A stretch of 34,463 nucleotides of DNA from Thraustochytrium aureum (taxonomy: Eukaryota). A program made the position numbers and the translations under genes. Of this stretch, positions 20,060-30,426 are shown piece after piece (the stretch's first letter is position 1; every line of letters starts with the position of its first letter). Under the pieces are notes generated by a model. That model was not told the origin of the DNA. It saw only the letters and a program-made list of their open reading frames with translations, and did no database searches. The stretch lies in assembly GCA_012862495.1 (NCBI GenBank), contig BLSG01000345.1, positions 127,624 through 162,086 on the forward strand. The letters are read 5' to 3'.

Positions 20060-20960
20060 GTCCCCTGAACTGCTGCTACCAATAGTCAACGGGCCACCTT
20101 CCACAGGTGCCAATTTCTCTTCGTGATTCGAGGTGTGGCGGCGCGGCTCTGCTCCGACTTCTCCGACTTGCGCTCCAAGCCCAAGTCCGGGCTGCGTGCT
20201 TGCGGGCAGCTCTGCATCAACCCGCACTCCAGACACTGTGTCGCGCGATTCGACCGCACCTTGCTCGACAGTTCGACTGGTCTCAGGCAGGGCCACATGC
20301 GGGTCGTCCCTTGCGTCCAAGAGCGACCTGGCGCTGGAAAACCCGAGGTCCCTCGGCTCCTTTCGCGTCCTCTCACGACTCTGAGGCGTGGATGGGCCCG
20401 AGCGACTTGCCCCAGGCTTGGGAGGCGAAGACGAGGCCGAGCTGGTCGGCGTGTCGTAGCTCCGCCGGCAGGGCGCTGGCCGATCCGGAGTCCCGAGTGC
20501 TCGAGAAGCGCCGCCTGCATCTGGGGCTACCTTTACAGTGGCCGTTGAATGCACAGAGACCTCGTCCTCGTCTAGTTGGCTGTAAAACTCCAAATGGTAA
20601 AGACTCTTGTTGATGCCCGGAGAAGGCGCCCCCAGCCGAGCAGAGCCCCTTCCGGCGCCCGACCCAACGCTGCCGACAGAGCCAGCGCGCGAGAGGGAGC
20701 CCACGCTGGCTAAGGACGAAGCCCGCCGAAATTGAGGTTGGAGGACCCAAGAGGAGTCGCCGCCCGCTGCAGAGACAAGGGCAGGTTGCCCGGTGAGGCG
20801 CCCGGAGACTTTGCTGACACCTCAGAAGAGACAGGCTGTACTGGGCTTGGCGCCAGGCGCGGGGCTTGCCCCGGGCTTGGGCTTGGCCGCGGAAGGAGCG
20901 GAGACTGCGCTTGCGCAGAGCCAGGCAGATGCGAGACGCGGTCCGCTTTCCGGCCCACAG
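20060..20960 (-). CDS. Fragment of a low-complexity Ser/Pro/Gly-rich protein between two gaps; apparent frameshift near 20712
   Basis: Two consecutive open frames give disordered-looking protein (SPLLPRPSPSP..., SLASVGSLSRAGSVGS, LYHLEFYSQLDEDE). No domain recognised. Confidence 0.4.
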
Positions 20961-21878
20961 NNNNNNNNNNNNNNNNNNNNNNNNNNNNNNNNNNNNNNNN
21001 NNNNNNNNNNNNNNNNNNNNNNNNNNNNNNNNNNNNNNNNNNNNNNNNNNNNNNNNNNNNNNNNNNNNNNNNNNNNNNNNNNNNNNNNNNNNNNNNNNNN
21101 NNNNNNNNNNNNNNNNNNNNNNNNNNNNNNNNNNNNNNNNNNNNNNNNNNNNNNNNNNNNNNNNNNNNNNNNNNNNNNNNNNNNNNNNNNNNNNNNNNNN
21201 NNNNNNNNNNNNNNNNNNNNNNNNNNNNNNNNNNNNNNNNNNNNNNNNNNNNNNNNNNNNNNNNNNNNNNNNNNNNNNNNNNNNNNNNNNNNNNNNNNNN
21301 NNNNNNNNNNNNNNNNNNNNNNNNNNNNNNNNNNNNNNNNNNNNNNNNNNNNNNNNNNNNNNNNNNNNNNNNNNNNNNNNNNNNNNNNNNNNNNNNNNNN
21401 NNNNNNNNNNNNNNNNNNNNNNNNNNNNNNNNNNNNNNNNNNNNNNNNNNNNNNNNNNNNNNNNNNNNNNNNNNNNNNNNNNNNNNNNNNNNNNNNNNNN
21501 NNNNNNNNNNNNNNNNNNNNNNNNNNNNNNNNNNNNNNNNNNNNNNNNNNNNNNNNNNNNNNNNNNNNNNNNNNNNNNNNNNNNNNNNNNNNNNNNNNNN
21601 NNNNNNNNNNNNNNNNNNNNNNNNNNNNNNNNNNNNNNNNNNNNNNNNNNNNNNNNNNNNNNNNNNNNNNNNNNNNNNNNNNNNNNNNNNNNGTCAATGG
21701 AGAGAGCGAGGCACGGGCGTGCGGGCTGGCGCGTCGCGCGAAGGCTGCCTCGCTCTGTGCGTTTGCCGGCTCAGCTGCATTTCACTTCGCGGCGCTCGGC
21801 AGCGCTCGTCCCGTCGTGCGTGGCTCTGCGGCGAGCGCGCTCTCGAAGCGAGCTGTCTTGCTGCGTTTGCACTTGAAA

Positions 21879-23477
21879 ATGTCGGCCAAACGCCAGGGCG
21901 ACGGCAGCGGCCTTGACGAGCGCCAAGCGGCGAGGAAGAAACGGATGACGAATGACTTGGGGTGGGTGGAGGAGCAGGTGCGCAAGCTGGAGTCGCTGCG
22001 GGGGCGGATGGTGCTGAAACGCGAGGAGAAAATCGATGTCCTGCTCGCGTACTTTGGCCTCGTGCAGGAAGCGCTCAAGACGCAGCAAGCGACAGGGCGC
22101 AAGGTGCCGACCAAGGCGGTGGAGAGGACGGCGCGGCTGCTCGGCCGGTCGAACAACACGGTGGGCGATCTGGTGAAAACTTGGACTGACGCAGCGCGCT
22201 ACGAAGACGACGAGGGGCTGGCCGACTCTGTCGACTCTGTTTCAAACCGCGGCAACAAAAACGCCAAAGCAGCGCGCGTACCGCACTCGCGTCACGTGTT
22301 CATCAAGGTACGCGACTTTGTGCAGGAGAACGAGGCGAAGCGCGAGCGAGCGACGAGCGCAGAGGTGATCCGCCTCTTGGCGGAACAAGGCATACTCGCG
22401 ATCAAAGTACACCCGAGCGGAATTGTTGCCGCCAAGGACATGCTGGCAGCGCAAAAAGTCCGTCCAGAGGTACCTTTTGCGCGCTGGGTTTTGCAGCGGC
22501 AAGAAGACCGGCAGAATCGCCCTCCTCCCGAAACACGTCGCTGTTCGAAACCATTTCGTGCGCCAGATCGCGAGAAACCGCGCACTCCCCACAGCGCAGC
22601 GCCTACGCGAGGTTTTTGTTGACGAGCTATTCGTCGACGAGCAGTTCAAAAGCGGAGTGAGTGCTGCAGACGACAGCCTCTCGCACGCCGCGCCCGCAAA
22701 AAAGTCTGGCAAAGCTCGTCGCTGCGTTGTGATCGCTGCGATCCAGGGCCCAAGCGCCAAGTCCGAGGACGGCGCAGGTCTTGTTCGCGGCTCTGTTTGG
22801 AGCTCGGAAGCCGGCCAGCCCGCAAGGGCGATTACTGGAGAGAGCTTTGGCGCCTGGTGGAAAGAGTACCTCTTGCCGAACCTCGCTGAGCCGTCGCTGA
22901 TCATTTTGGACAACGCGCCTTATCACAAGACGAGACCGCCGGGCACGCCCGTGGTTGGGGAAATGGACAAGCCGCAGGTATTGGGCAAGTTGAGGGAAGC
23001 TGGGGTCGGCTTTGACCAAGACATATCGAGGGTCGAAGCGTGCGAGCTGTTGCAGAACTGGGTAGAGTCCGCGATCAAGTTTGAGGTGGTCCTGCTCGCC
23101 GAGCAAGCCGGGCACCGCGTGCTGTTTACACCGCCCCATACCCAGACCTCCAAGCGTGCGAGGCGGTCTTGGCGCACGTCAAGCGCAACGTGGGGCTCAA
23201 GCACGCACCCGCAACGACGCTGCACGATGTCGCCACGCGGCTTGACAAGGAGGTCCAGGATCTTGCCGAGCCGAGCGGCGCGGCGCTCATCGGGTCGATG
23301 ATCGGCGCTATCGACTCAACGCTCGCGCGCGTCCAGGCCGAAATCAAGGTCGAGGACGAGGGACCTGGCCACGGCCGAGCGGCGGGCGAGGACGAAGACG
23401 AGTTTGAGGAGGGCGAGGGCGCCAACCTCGTCGGCGACGTCCAGGACGTGCTCGAGTCGTTCGGCGAGTCCTCCTAA
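21879..23477 (+). mobile_element. IS630/Tc1/mariner-type DDE transposase gene with long D-E spacing (~DD83E); two apparent frameshifts (~22455, ~23139)
   Basis: HTH-like AVERTARLLGRSNNTVGDLVKTW, VFVDE, IILDNAPYHK, and GHRVLFTPP(H)YPDLQACEAVLAHVK after restoring one base. No terminal inverted repeats identified. Confidence 0.8.
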
Positions 23478-23922
23478 ATCAAACCCGCGTAGAGCAGGCC
23501 TAAGTCTCAGTTGTGCATGAAACAGAGCTCGAGTTCTCACTGTGAGTACCAAAGGCCTCGAGCAGCGTTGCCTGCGTTCGCCGTGCTCCCCGCCAGCAAC
23601 ACCAGCACGCAACCCCAACTCGAGCCCAACAGTCTGCTCGAGCCCTTGAAGAGGCGAGGGCCCATCGGCAGCGGGCGGGGCCGCACTCGCGCGACGACCG
23701 TACTCGCGCGCGCCACTCAGAGCTCGCGAGCGAGTTCCGAAGGCACGCGAGAGAGATCGCGCAAAGTCGGCGTCCATCCTTCCACCAGTCAGTCAGCTAC
23801 GATCCACAGTCGACCGGTCAGGACTCGGACAGAGCGACGAGGCGAGAGCACCGCAGAGCCGGCCGGGGCATGCGGTTGACTGCTGGCTGGTGGGCGCGCG
23901 CGGGGCGAGCTGCAACGCGATA

Positions 23923-25004
23923 ATGGCGACGGCGATTGTGACCGGCGGACGCGGGCTTGGCCTCGCCATCGCCCGACGACTTGCGGGAAATCGGCGCGTG
24001 GGCGCCGTCGTGGTGCTCAGCAAGTCGGCGCGGTCCGCGGAGGACGCCGTCAAAGAGGTGGAGGCTGCGGCTGGGAGAGAGCGCGATGGCAAGGACGGCG
24101 CGCTTAGGGCCGGCGGGTTTGTCTGCGACGTGGCTGACCCCACACAGGTTGACGAGGCGGTGGCGCGGGTGACCAAGGAGTTTGGCACGCCGTCGTTCCT
24201 TGTCAACGCGGCCGGAGCGACGAACGACGCGCTCCTCGTGCGCGCGCGTCCCGCGGCGCTTTCCGAGACGGTCGGCGTCAACCTGATGGGCCCCATGTTT
24301 ATGTGCAGAGCAGTGGCGCGCGAGATGCTTCGGGCAAAGCACGGTGGGTCCATCCTCAACATAGGCAGCGTTGTCGCGGTCTCTGGAAACGCCGGCCAGG
24401 TTGCCTACGCGGCGTCCAAGGCGGGGCTNNNNNNNNNNNNNNNNNNNNNNNNNNNNNNNNNNNNNNNNNNNNNNNNNNNNNNNNNNNNNNNNNNNNNNNN
24501 NNNNNNNNNNNNNNNNNNNNNNNNNNNNNNNNNNNNNNNNNNNNNNNNNNNNNNNNNNNNNNNNNNNNNNNNNNNNNNNNNNNNNNNNNNNNNNNNNNNN
24601 NNNNNNNNNNNNNNNNNNNNNNNNNNNNNNNNNNNNNNNNNNNNNNNNNNNNNNNNNNNNNNNNNNNNNNNNNNNNNNNNNNNNNNNNNNNNNNNNNNNN
24701 NNNNNNNNNNNNNNNNNNNNNNNNNNNNNNNNNNNNNNNCTACTGCCTACATTCCTCTTGGCGCTTTGGGCGTCCGGACGAGGTCGCGGCCCTGGCCGAG
24801 TTTCTTTTGCTGGACGAGAATTCGTCGTACATCAGTGAGTTGTGGTGCTGTTTTTGCTTTGTGATCGATGCGCGCTGCTGGTTGTTGTGGCATTTCGACA
24901 CGAGAGAGCCCGGGTTGTGTTGGGTTCCTGACTCTGCCTTTGCTCGTCCGCTCCGCCCTTGCGCAGCTGGACAAGTGCTTCGGGTCGATGGGGGCCTCGT
25001 GTAG
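23923..25004 (+). CDS. Short-chain dehydrogenase/reductase, FabG/CBR4-like (gap 24429-24739, intron 24835-24966, apparent frameshift ~24760)
   Basis: AIVTGGRGLG, CDV, LVNAAG, NIGSVV..GNAGQVAYAASKAG, IPLG-RFGRPDEVA. The spliced end reads SSYITGQVLRVDGG after removing a GTGAGT...CTGAC...CAG intron. Confidence 0.85.
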
Positions 25005-25116
25005 GCGAAAGCGAACCAAACGGGCCAGCTCTTGCTACCTACAGTCACTGGTTGCGCGACTGCGGTGCGAGAGTGACGAGGGGCGTTTTGTTTCAATTGA
25101 ATTGACCGAACTCCTC

Positions 25117-25162
25117 TACTCTACGCTCGAGTAGAGTACCCTCTAGAGGGAGTACACTCGAG
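25117..25162. other. Nested palindromes between convergent gene ends
   Basis: tactctac-N6-gtagagta hairpin, perfect ccctctagaggg palindrome (25139-25150), and flanking ctcgag sites. Confidence 0.6.
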
Positions 25163-25331
25163 TACGGTTGGGCTCCAAGATCGCGGTGCTGCCGCCCGCC
25201 AAAACCAGGCAAAGCCCGGCCAGATCCTCGGACCGTCGGAATTGATGTGTTTTCAATCAAGTTTGGTGAAAAAAATCTAGTTACAAAATTTCAGAATTGA
25301 GTGGGTCCCGCGCGAGCTGGTGTTGGTTCGC

Positions 25332-28032
25332 CTATTTCTGGGCCTTGCTGCGCGCCATGTTGCGCGCGAAGGCCTCGCGCATGACGTCGAGCTCGACCGG
25401 AAACGCGTACGAGCCGTCCTCGAGATGCGCCATGACGCCGATCTCCTCGCACAGGCCCATGACCGGCTTGCCCACAAAATGCTTGTCATAGGTCATGGCA
25501 ACGAGGATCTCGTCGATTGTCATCGTGTCTGGCACGAGCGTGGGCAAGCCCGTCGCACCCACAAAGTCGTAGTGTTGCTCGACAACGTCCTTGGTGCACT
25601 TGCCCATGAGGAAGGCGACCTCGGCGGTGACGCACATGCCGATTGCGACGGCCTCGCCATGCAGAAGCGGCGCGTTGTCGCCGTGCCACGAAAGGTGCTC
25701 GATTGCATGCGCCGCGGCGTGGCCGTACTGGGGCACCATTTCGTTAAAGTCGGACTCGTTGTAGTGGGTGAGCGTGGGCACCTTGACCTCGATCGTCTCG
25801 CGGCAGAGACGCTCCAGGTAGCCGCCGTCCTTGAGCGTGGCGTTGCCGCCCTTGCGCAGGGGTTCGACGATGTCCTTGGTGAGCTCAAGCGACTGCGTGA
25901 GGCCGTGTTTGAGCGCCTCGGCAATGCCGTTGAGGATGTGGCGGTCCGTGAGCGTGGAAAGGGTGTCCGGGTCAATCACGATCATGTCGGCAGGGTAGTA
26001 GGCCCCGATCAGGTTCTTGCCGCACGAGTGGTTGAAGGCCTGCTTGAAGTCGAGCGAGCCGTCGAGGCTGCTCATCGTCGTCGTGGCAAAGTGCACGAGC
26101 TTGATGCCGCGGTAAAGGGTGGCAGCCATGACGCCGCACAGGTTGTTGACGACGGCGCCGCCCAGGCTCACGATGCAGGTGTGCTTGGAAATGCCCTGGT
26201 TGAGGATCGTGTCGACGCACTTGTGAAACGTGGAGGCGTTCTTGAATGGCTCTGCGCTCGGCTCGCCCGACTCGTCCATCGCAGCGGCGGGGACCACCAC
26301 CTTGCTGAACTTGAGCCCGGCCTTCGCGAAGCCCTCCATGGCCAGGTCGCCGTAAATCTTGTCGACAATTTCGTCAGTGACGAGGTAGCAGTTGCTATCG
26401 TGCGAGACCTCGGGGATAATGCTGCGCGCCTCGGTGGCCAGATTGTGGATCACGCCGCGCTTTACGAGAATCTCGGACCGCAGCTCCTTGCCCTCGCGCT
26501 CGAACTTGTTGCGGTAGCCGCCGCTGCCGTCGCGCCTGCACGGTGTGCGTTTGGGCTGGCACGCCGGGTGGCCGCCGCCGACGCGGTACTCGCAATCCTC
26601 GGAGAGGTCAAACCACGGCACGGTGCAGAAGCGAAAACCTTGGTCGAGGGCGTCGAGGCGCTCCATCTGCTGGGGGAGGAGCTGCCAGTCGAGGATGTCC
26701 CGGTTCTCGCTGATGCGCTCCTGGCGCAGGCTCTTCGGGATCACGCTGGTGCCCCGCTGCACGCCCCACCGCAGGAGGACCTGGCCAGGGCTGCGGCCCG
26801 TCTCCTCGGCCACGGCAACCACCTCGGGGTCCTCCAGCAAGACGGGGTCGCCGTCGTTGCGGTAGCCCACCTTGCCGATGGGCAGTNNNNNNNNNNNNNN
26901 NNNNNNNNNNNNNNNNNNNNNNNNNNNNNNNNNNNNNNNNNNNNNNNNNNNNNNNNNNNNNNNNNNNNNNNNNNNNNNNNNNNNNNNNNNNNNNNNNNNN
27001 NNNNNNNNNNNNNNNNNNNNNNNNNNNNNNNNNNNNNNNNNNNNNNNNNNNNNNNNNNNNNNNNNNNNNNNNNNNNNNNNNNNNNNNNNNNNNNNNNNNN
27101 NNNNNNNNNNNNNNNNNNNNNNNNNNNNNNNNNNNNNNNNNNNNNNNNNNNNNNNNNNNNNNNNNNNNNNNNNNNNNNNNNNNNNNNNNNNNNNNNNNNN
27201 NCTGTGCGAGGTACGGGTGCATCTCCACCTCCAGCACGGTCGGCTTGATGCGGCACTTGGTGAGCAGCTGGTCGAGGCGGTTGACGCCAAAGTTGCTGAC
27301 CCCCAGCGTGCGCACGAGGCCGAGGTCGACGAGACTCTCCATGGCCGCGTACGTTTCGAGCAGCTTGTCGATGTCCCCGGCGTGCACCATCTCGAGCTCG
27401 AACGAGCCGCCGTACTCCTTGGACACGAGCTTGCTGGTCTTGGTCATTTGAGCTGGCCAGTGCATCATGTAGTTGTCGAGGTACTCGACGCCAAGCTCCG
27501 AAAGCGTCTTGCGGCAGGCTGCCTCGACGTCTTCTGGCGCAGCGTCCCAGCACCAGAGCTTTGAGCAAATGTACAGTTCCTCGCGCTCGAGGACGCCCTC
27601 GTCAAGACACTCGGCGATGGCCTCGCCGACCTGCTTTTCGTTTTGGTACAGGGCGGCGCAGTCGAGGAGGCGGTAGCCCTCCTTGAGCGCAAATTTCACC
27701 GCGTCGCGCACCTTGTCCTCGTCCTTGAACTCGTTGAAAGTTCCAAAGCCGACAAGCGGGATGACGGCCTCGGGGCTCGTGGCAGAAGCCGAGCTCGTCA
27801 GGCTGACCGGCGACGCCGAACGCTTCCGCGTGCGGCGGGTGGTTGAACCTTGTCGATTCCGGGACGAGCCGGAGGAGTCGGACATGTCGGCTTCGCTCGT
27901 GTCATCCTCGCTCAGTCCGCTTGCGGTCGAAGCTGCGGGCGAGAGCACGCCCTTCCCATTCTCCTGCTTGACAGTAACCAGCTCCTCGGTGCCGACCTCA
28001 GAGATCGTGACGCAATTCTCGCCTTGTACCAT
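25332..28032 (-). CDS. Fusion protein: Ser-rich leader + aldo-keto reductase + sugar-phosphate cyclase (DHQ-synthase fold, 2-deoxy-scyllo-inosose-synthase-like); gap 26887-27201 within the AKR domain
   Basis: AKR (~26620-27765): IPLVGFGT, tetrad DCAALY/SKLW/MHWP, GVSNF, EMHPY, LRWGVQRG..VIPKS. Cyclase (~25332-26480): GGAVVNNLCG, YRGI, TTT, DFKQAFN, GKNLIGAYYP, EALKH, QYGH, LHGEAVAIGM, DKH. The AKR C-terminal part and the cyclase share one gap-free ORF. Confidence 0.92.
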
Positions 28033-30426
28033 CTTGTTCTTGCCTGTTGGTGCTGGGTTGCTTTGCCTGTGTTGCTGTCGTACGAGCCACAGATCCTGTT
28101 GTCGACGTTGCAAGCCAAGTGCGGTTCCTGTCGTCGTCGTGGTCGTCGTCTTCGTTGGTGTTGTTGCTTTTGCTTTGTGGCTTTGCTTTTGGGGTCTGCT
28201 GACATGGCCATCTGCATCGATGGTTGCCGCCTGGCGGGTCGGGCAGCAGCGTGTTTCTGGAAAGCAGGCGGTGAATCCATCGGAGCACGTTTCGGGCGCG
28301 CAAGATTTCGCCTCTCTGGACGCGGCAGGCCCGGAGGGGACAGCCCGAAGAACCGTACCATGCGGACTCTCTGTACTAGAGAGAGTCACCGCGGGGCGCT
28401 AGCAAGACAACGAACGAACGACACGGGCGGCTCGATTCAGCGTGTGCTTCGGGCCAACCGGCCGCGCGACGCGTCGCAGAGCGTCAACGATCGAGGAAAG
28501 GCTGCGCGCTTTGCCCAACGCCTGCTCTGCTCTGCGGCTCTCGTTCGCGACAGCAGCCAGGGGCTCCGCCCGCCCGCCCGTCGCGAGCGAGCGAGCGAAG
28601 GAAGGATGGAATCCATCGCGGCGCAGCCAGGACAATAAGTAAGTAAACTCGGGAAACTCGGAAAGAAAAGGGAAGAGGGAGGGAACGCGCGACGAAACGA
28701 GTTGATCATCATCCGCCGGCCAGCCCCGTGCAGCGAACGGCCTTGCTGCGACCGCGATACGCCCTTCCCCGGACGCGCGTTGCTGTTCTTGTGCAGCACG
28801 CTAGCTAGCTAGCTCTGGAGCTCCATGTTCCACCTGAACGCAGAACCACGCGCACTCCCACACAAATTGCGCTGCGCAAAACAGGCCCCTCCCTCCTCAC
28901 ACGGACATGCGCCGGGAGAAGGAAGGAGCGGGAGGGGGGAGGAGGAAGGGGAGCGCACGTTTCGCGCCTGAGAGGCGGGTGAGAGAGGAGGGCGGAGGGA
29001 CGATCCCGAGTTGGGAACGCGTGCGAGTTGGGAGGAGGAGAGGGAGGGAGGGCGCGGTTCCTGTGATTCCCAGCCTGAGAACCATTTGTTGTTTTGTGCG
29101 GCTCTGGGCGCGCGAGCTCTTTCGAACCCATCTTGCCTCGTGCGGCACTCTGGGCCAAGTACTTGCGCAGCGCGCGAACTATTTGCAAGGGCTCGCCGCC
29201 GCGGCTACCGGCCGGCCGGCCGACCGCGCAGTATTCGCGAGGGTCTTGCGCTCCTGCCGCAGCTGGACCTCTTCTCGATCGACCGATCGACGCGGCCGTC
29301 GACGCAGGACCGCAGCGCTGCGTGCGTGCGTGCGTGTGCGTAGCCTACGCGCGCCGGCGACCCCGTTCTTCCGGTGTCCACTCGGCGCGGCCGGCGAGCA
29401 CGTCTGTGGACATGTGGACAGGGAACGGCTGTTTGCCGCGATCCCAACGCGGGAACGGGCCCAAAACAGCTGCGAAGGCGCCTCTGGGGTCGTATCTTTC
29501 CGCCGTTTGACAGAGAGAGTGTGCCTTTTTGTTGGTTTTCCCCCTTTCGTTTCAGTGCAAGCTTCCCTCCTTTCACAGGGCAAGGGTTTTCGAATTTTTT
29601 GTAAGCATTTTTGACTCGGAATAGGTTTTCGTACCTCACAGGGGAGGTGGAACAAGAATGTTGTTCCCTGCTTGCTGTCGAGACACATCACAAAACGTAA
29701 CCTTCCTGCTTCGCGCGGCGCGAAAAAATCTCCCGTTTTTTTCTTGGTGTCGATGTGCAGATTAGCACAGATTTTTCCGCTTCGGCGTTCCAAGCAGTTC
29801 CCAGATACCGGACTCTGGAATATTCGCGCGAACTATCCGCGACGGCCTCACAACGGCGCGGAAGGGGCGGTTTCATGCGCCGTGTTCGTTATTCGCGAGT
29901 GTAGCGCGTCACTCTTCCAGTTGCAACCTTGGGGCCAGCTTGGCCGCCTTGCACGCCCCCGAAATGTCGCGCACACGGGAGCGCCTCCCGCAACACGCGC
30001 AGGAAATGCCCGCGACCGTCTCGCAACGGCATCCGCTGCGAACGCGGGAAGCACCTCTTGAATTCATACAGAACACCTTTTCCTGCTTCGCGCGTTCCCC
30101 TCTTCTTCTCCGCGCGGTGTGCAACTTCCGACATTCTATGCGGGCGCGTCACGCGTCGACGCAGTCCTTGAATTTCGCGCGGCAGGCAACGCTGGCGCGC
30201 TTAAGATTCAACGAAATTCGTGTGGAATATCTGCAGCGCAGCGCCGACTGCGCAGCGACGTCTCCGCGTGGATTCCAGTGTTCCTCGAAGCTGTCTGCTT
30301 GAACGCGGGGGGCGAGATTTTTGCCTAAGCGCTTCGAGTGGGGTTTGGAACTGTTCATTTAATCGTTACAAGTTGGCTCGCATTTTTGGGATTTTGCTTT
30401 GGCGCATTTTTTGATTGATTGACGCA

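Noticed and set aside
22448..22462. Programmed -1 ribosomal frameshift in the transposase (CAAAAAG)
   Set aside because: The required shift is +1, and similar indels affect many neighbouring genes, so an extra A in the homopolymer is the simpler explanation.
25332..26480. Canonical 3-dehydroquinate synthase (aroB/AROM)
   Set aside because: It lacks the GD, GGKT and R..LN.GH signatures, has no other AROM domains, and is fused to an AKR instead.
5989..27201. ORFs reported across N-gaps (5989-6136, 7812-8568, 13692-13828, 19254-20059, 20961-21692, 24429-24739, 26887-27201)
   Set aside because: Their length and frame continuity are artefacts of unknown bases. Only the flanking sequence was interpreted.
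25320..27248. Long plus-strand ORFs antisense to real genes (also 4106-5305, 15495-16739)
   Set aside because: These are shadow ORFs produced by high GC3 codon bias on the opposite strand and have no recognisable motifs.
28606..28645. Short plus-strand ATG frame followed by a GTAAGT donor-like site
   Set aside because: A stop codon precedes the donor and no matching downstream coding exon was found.
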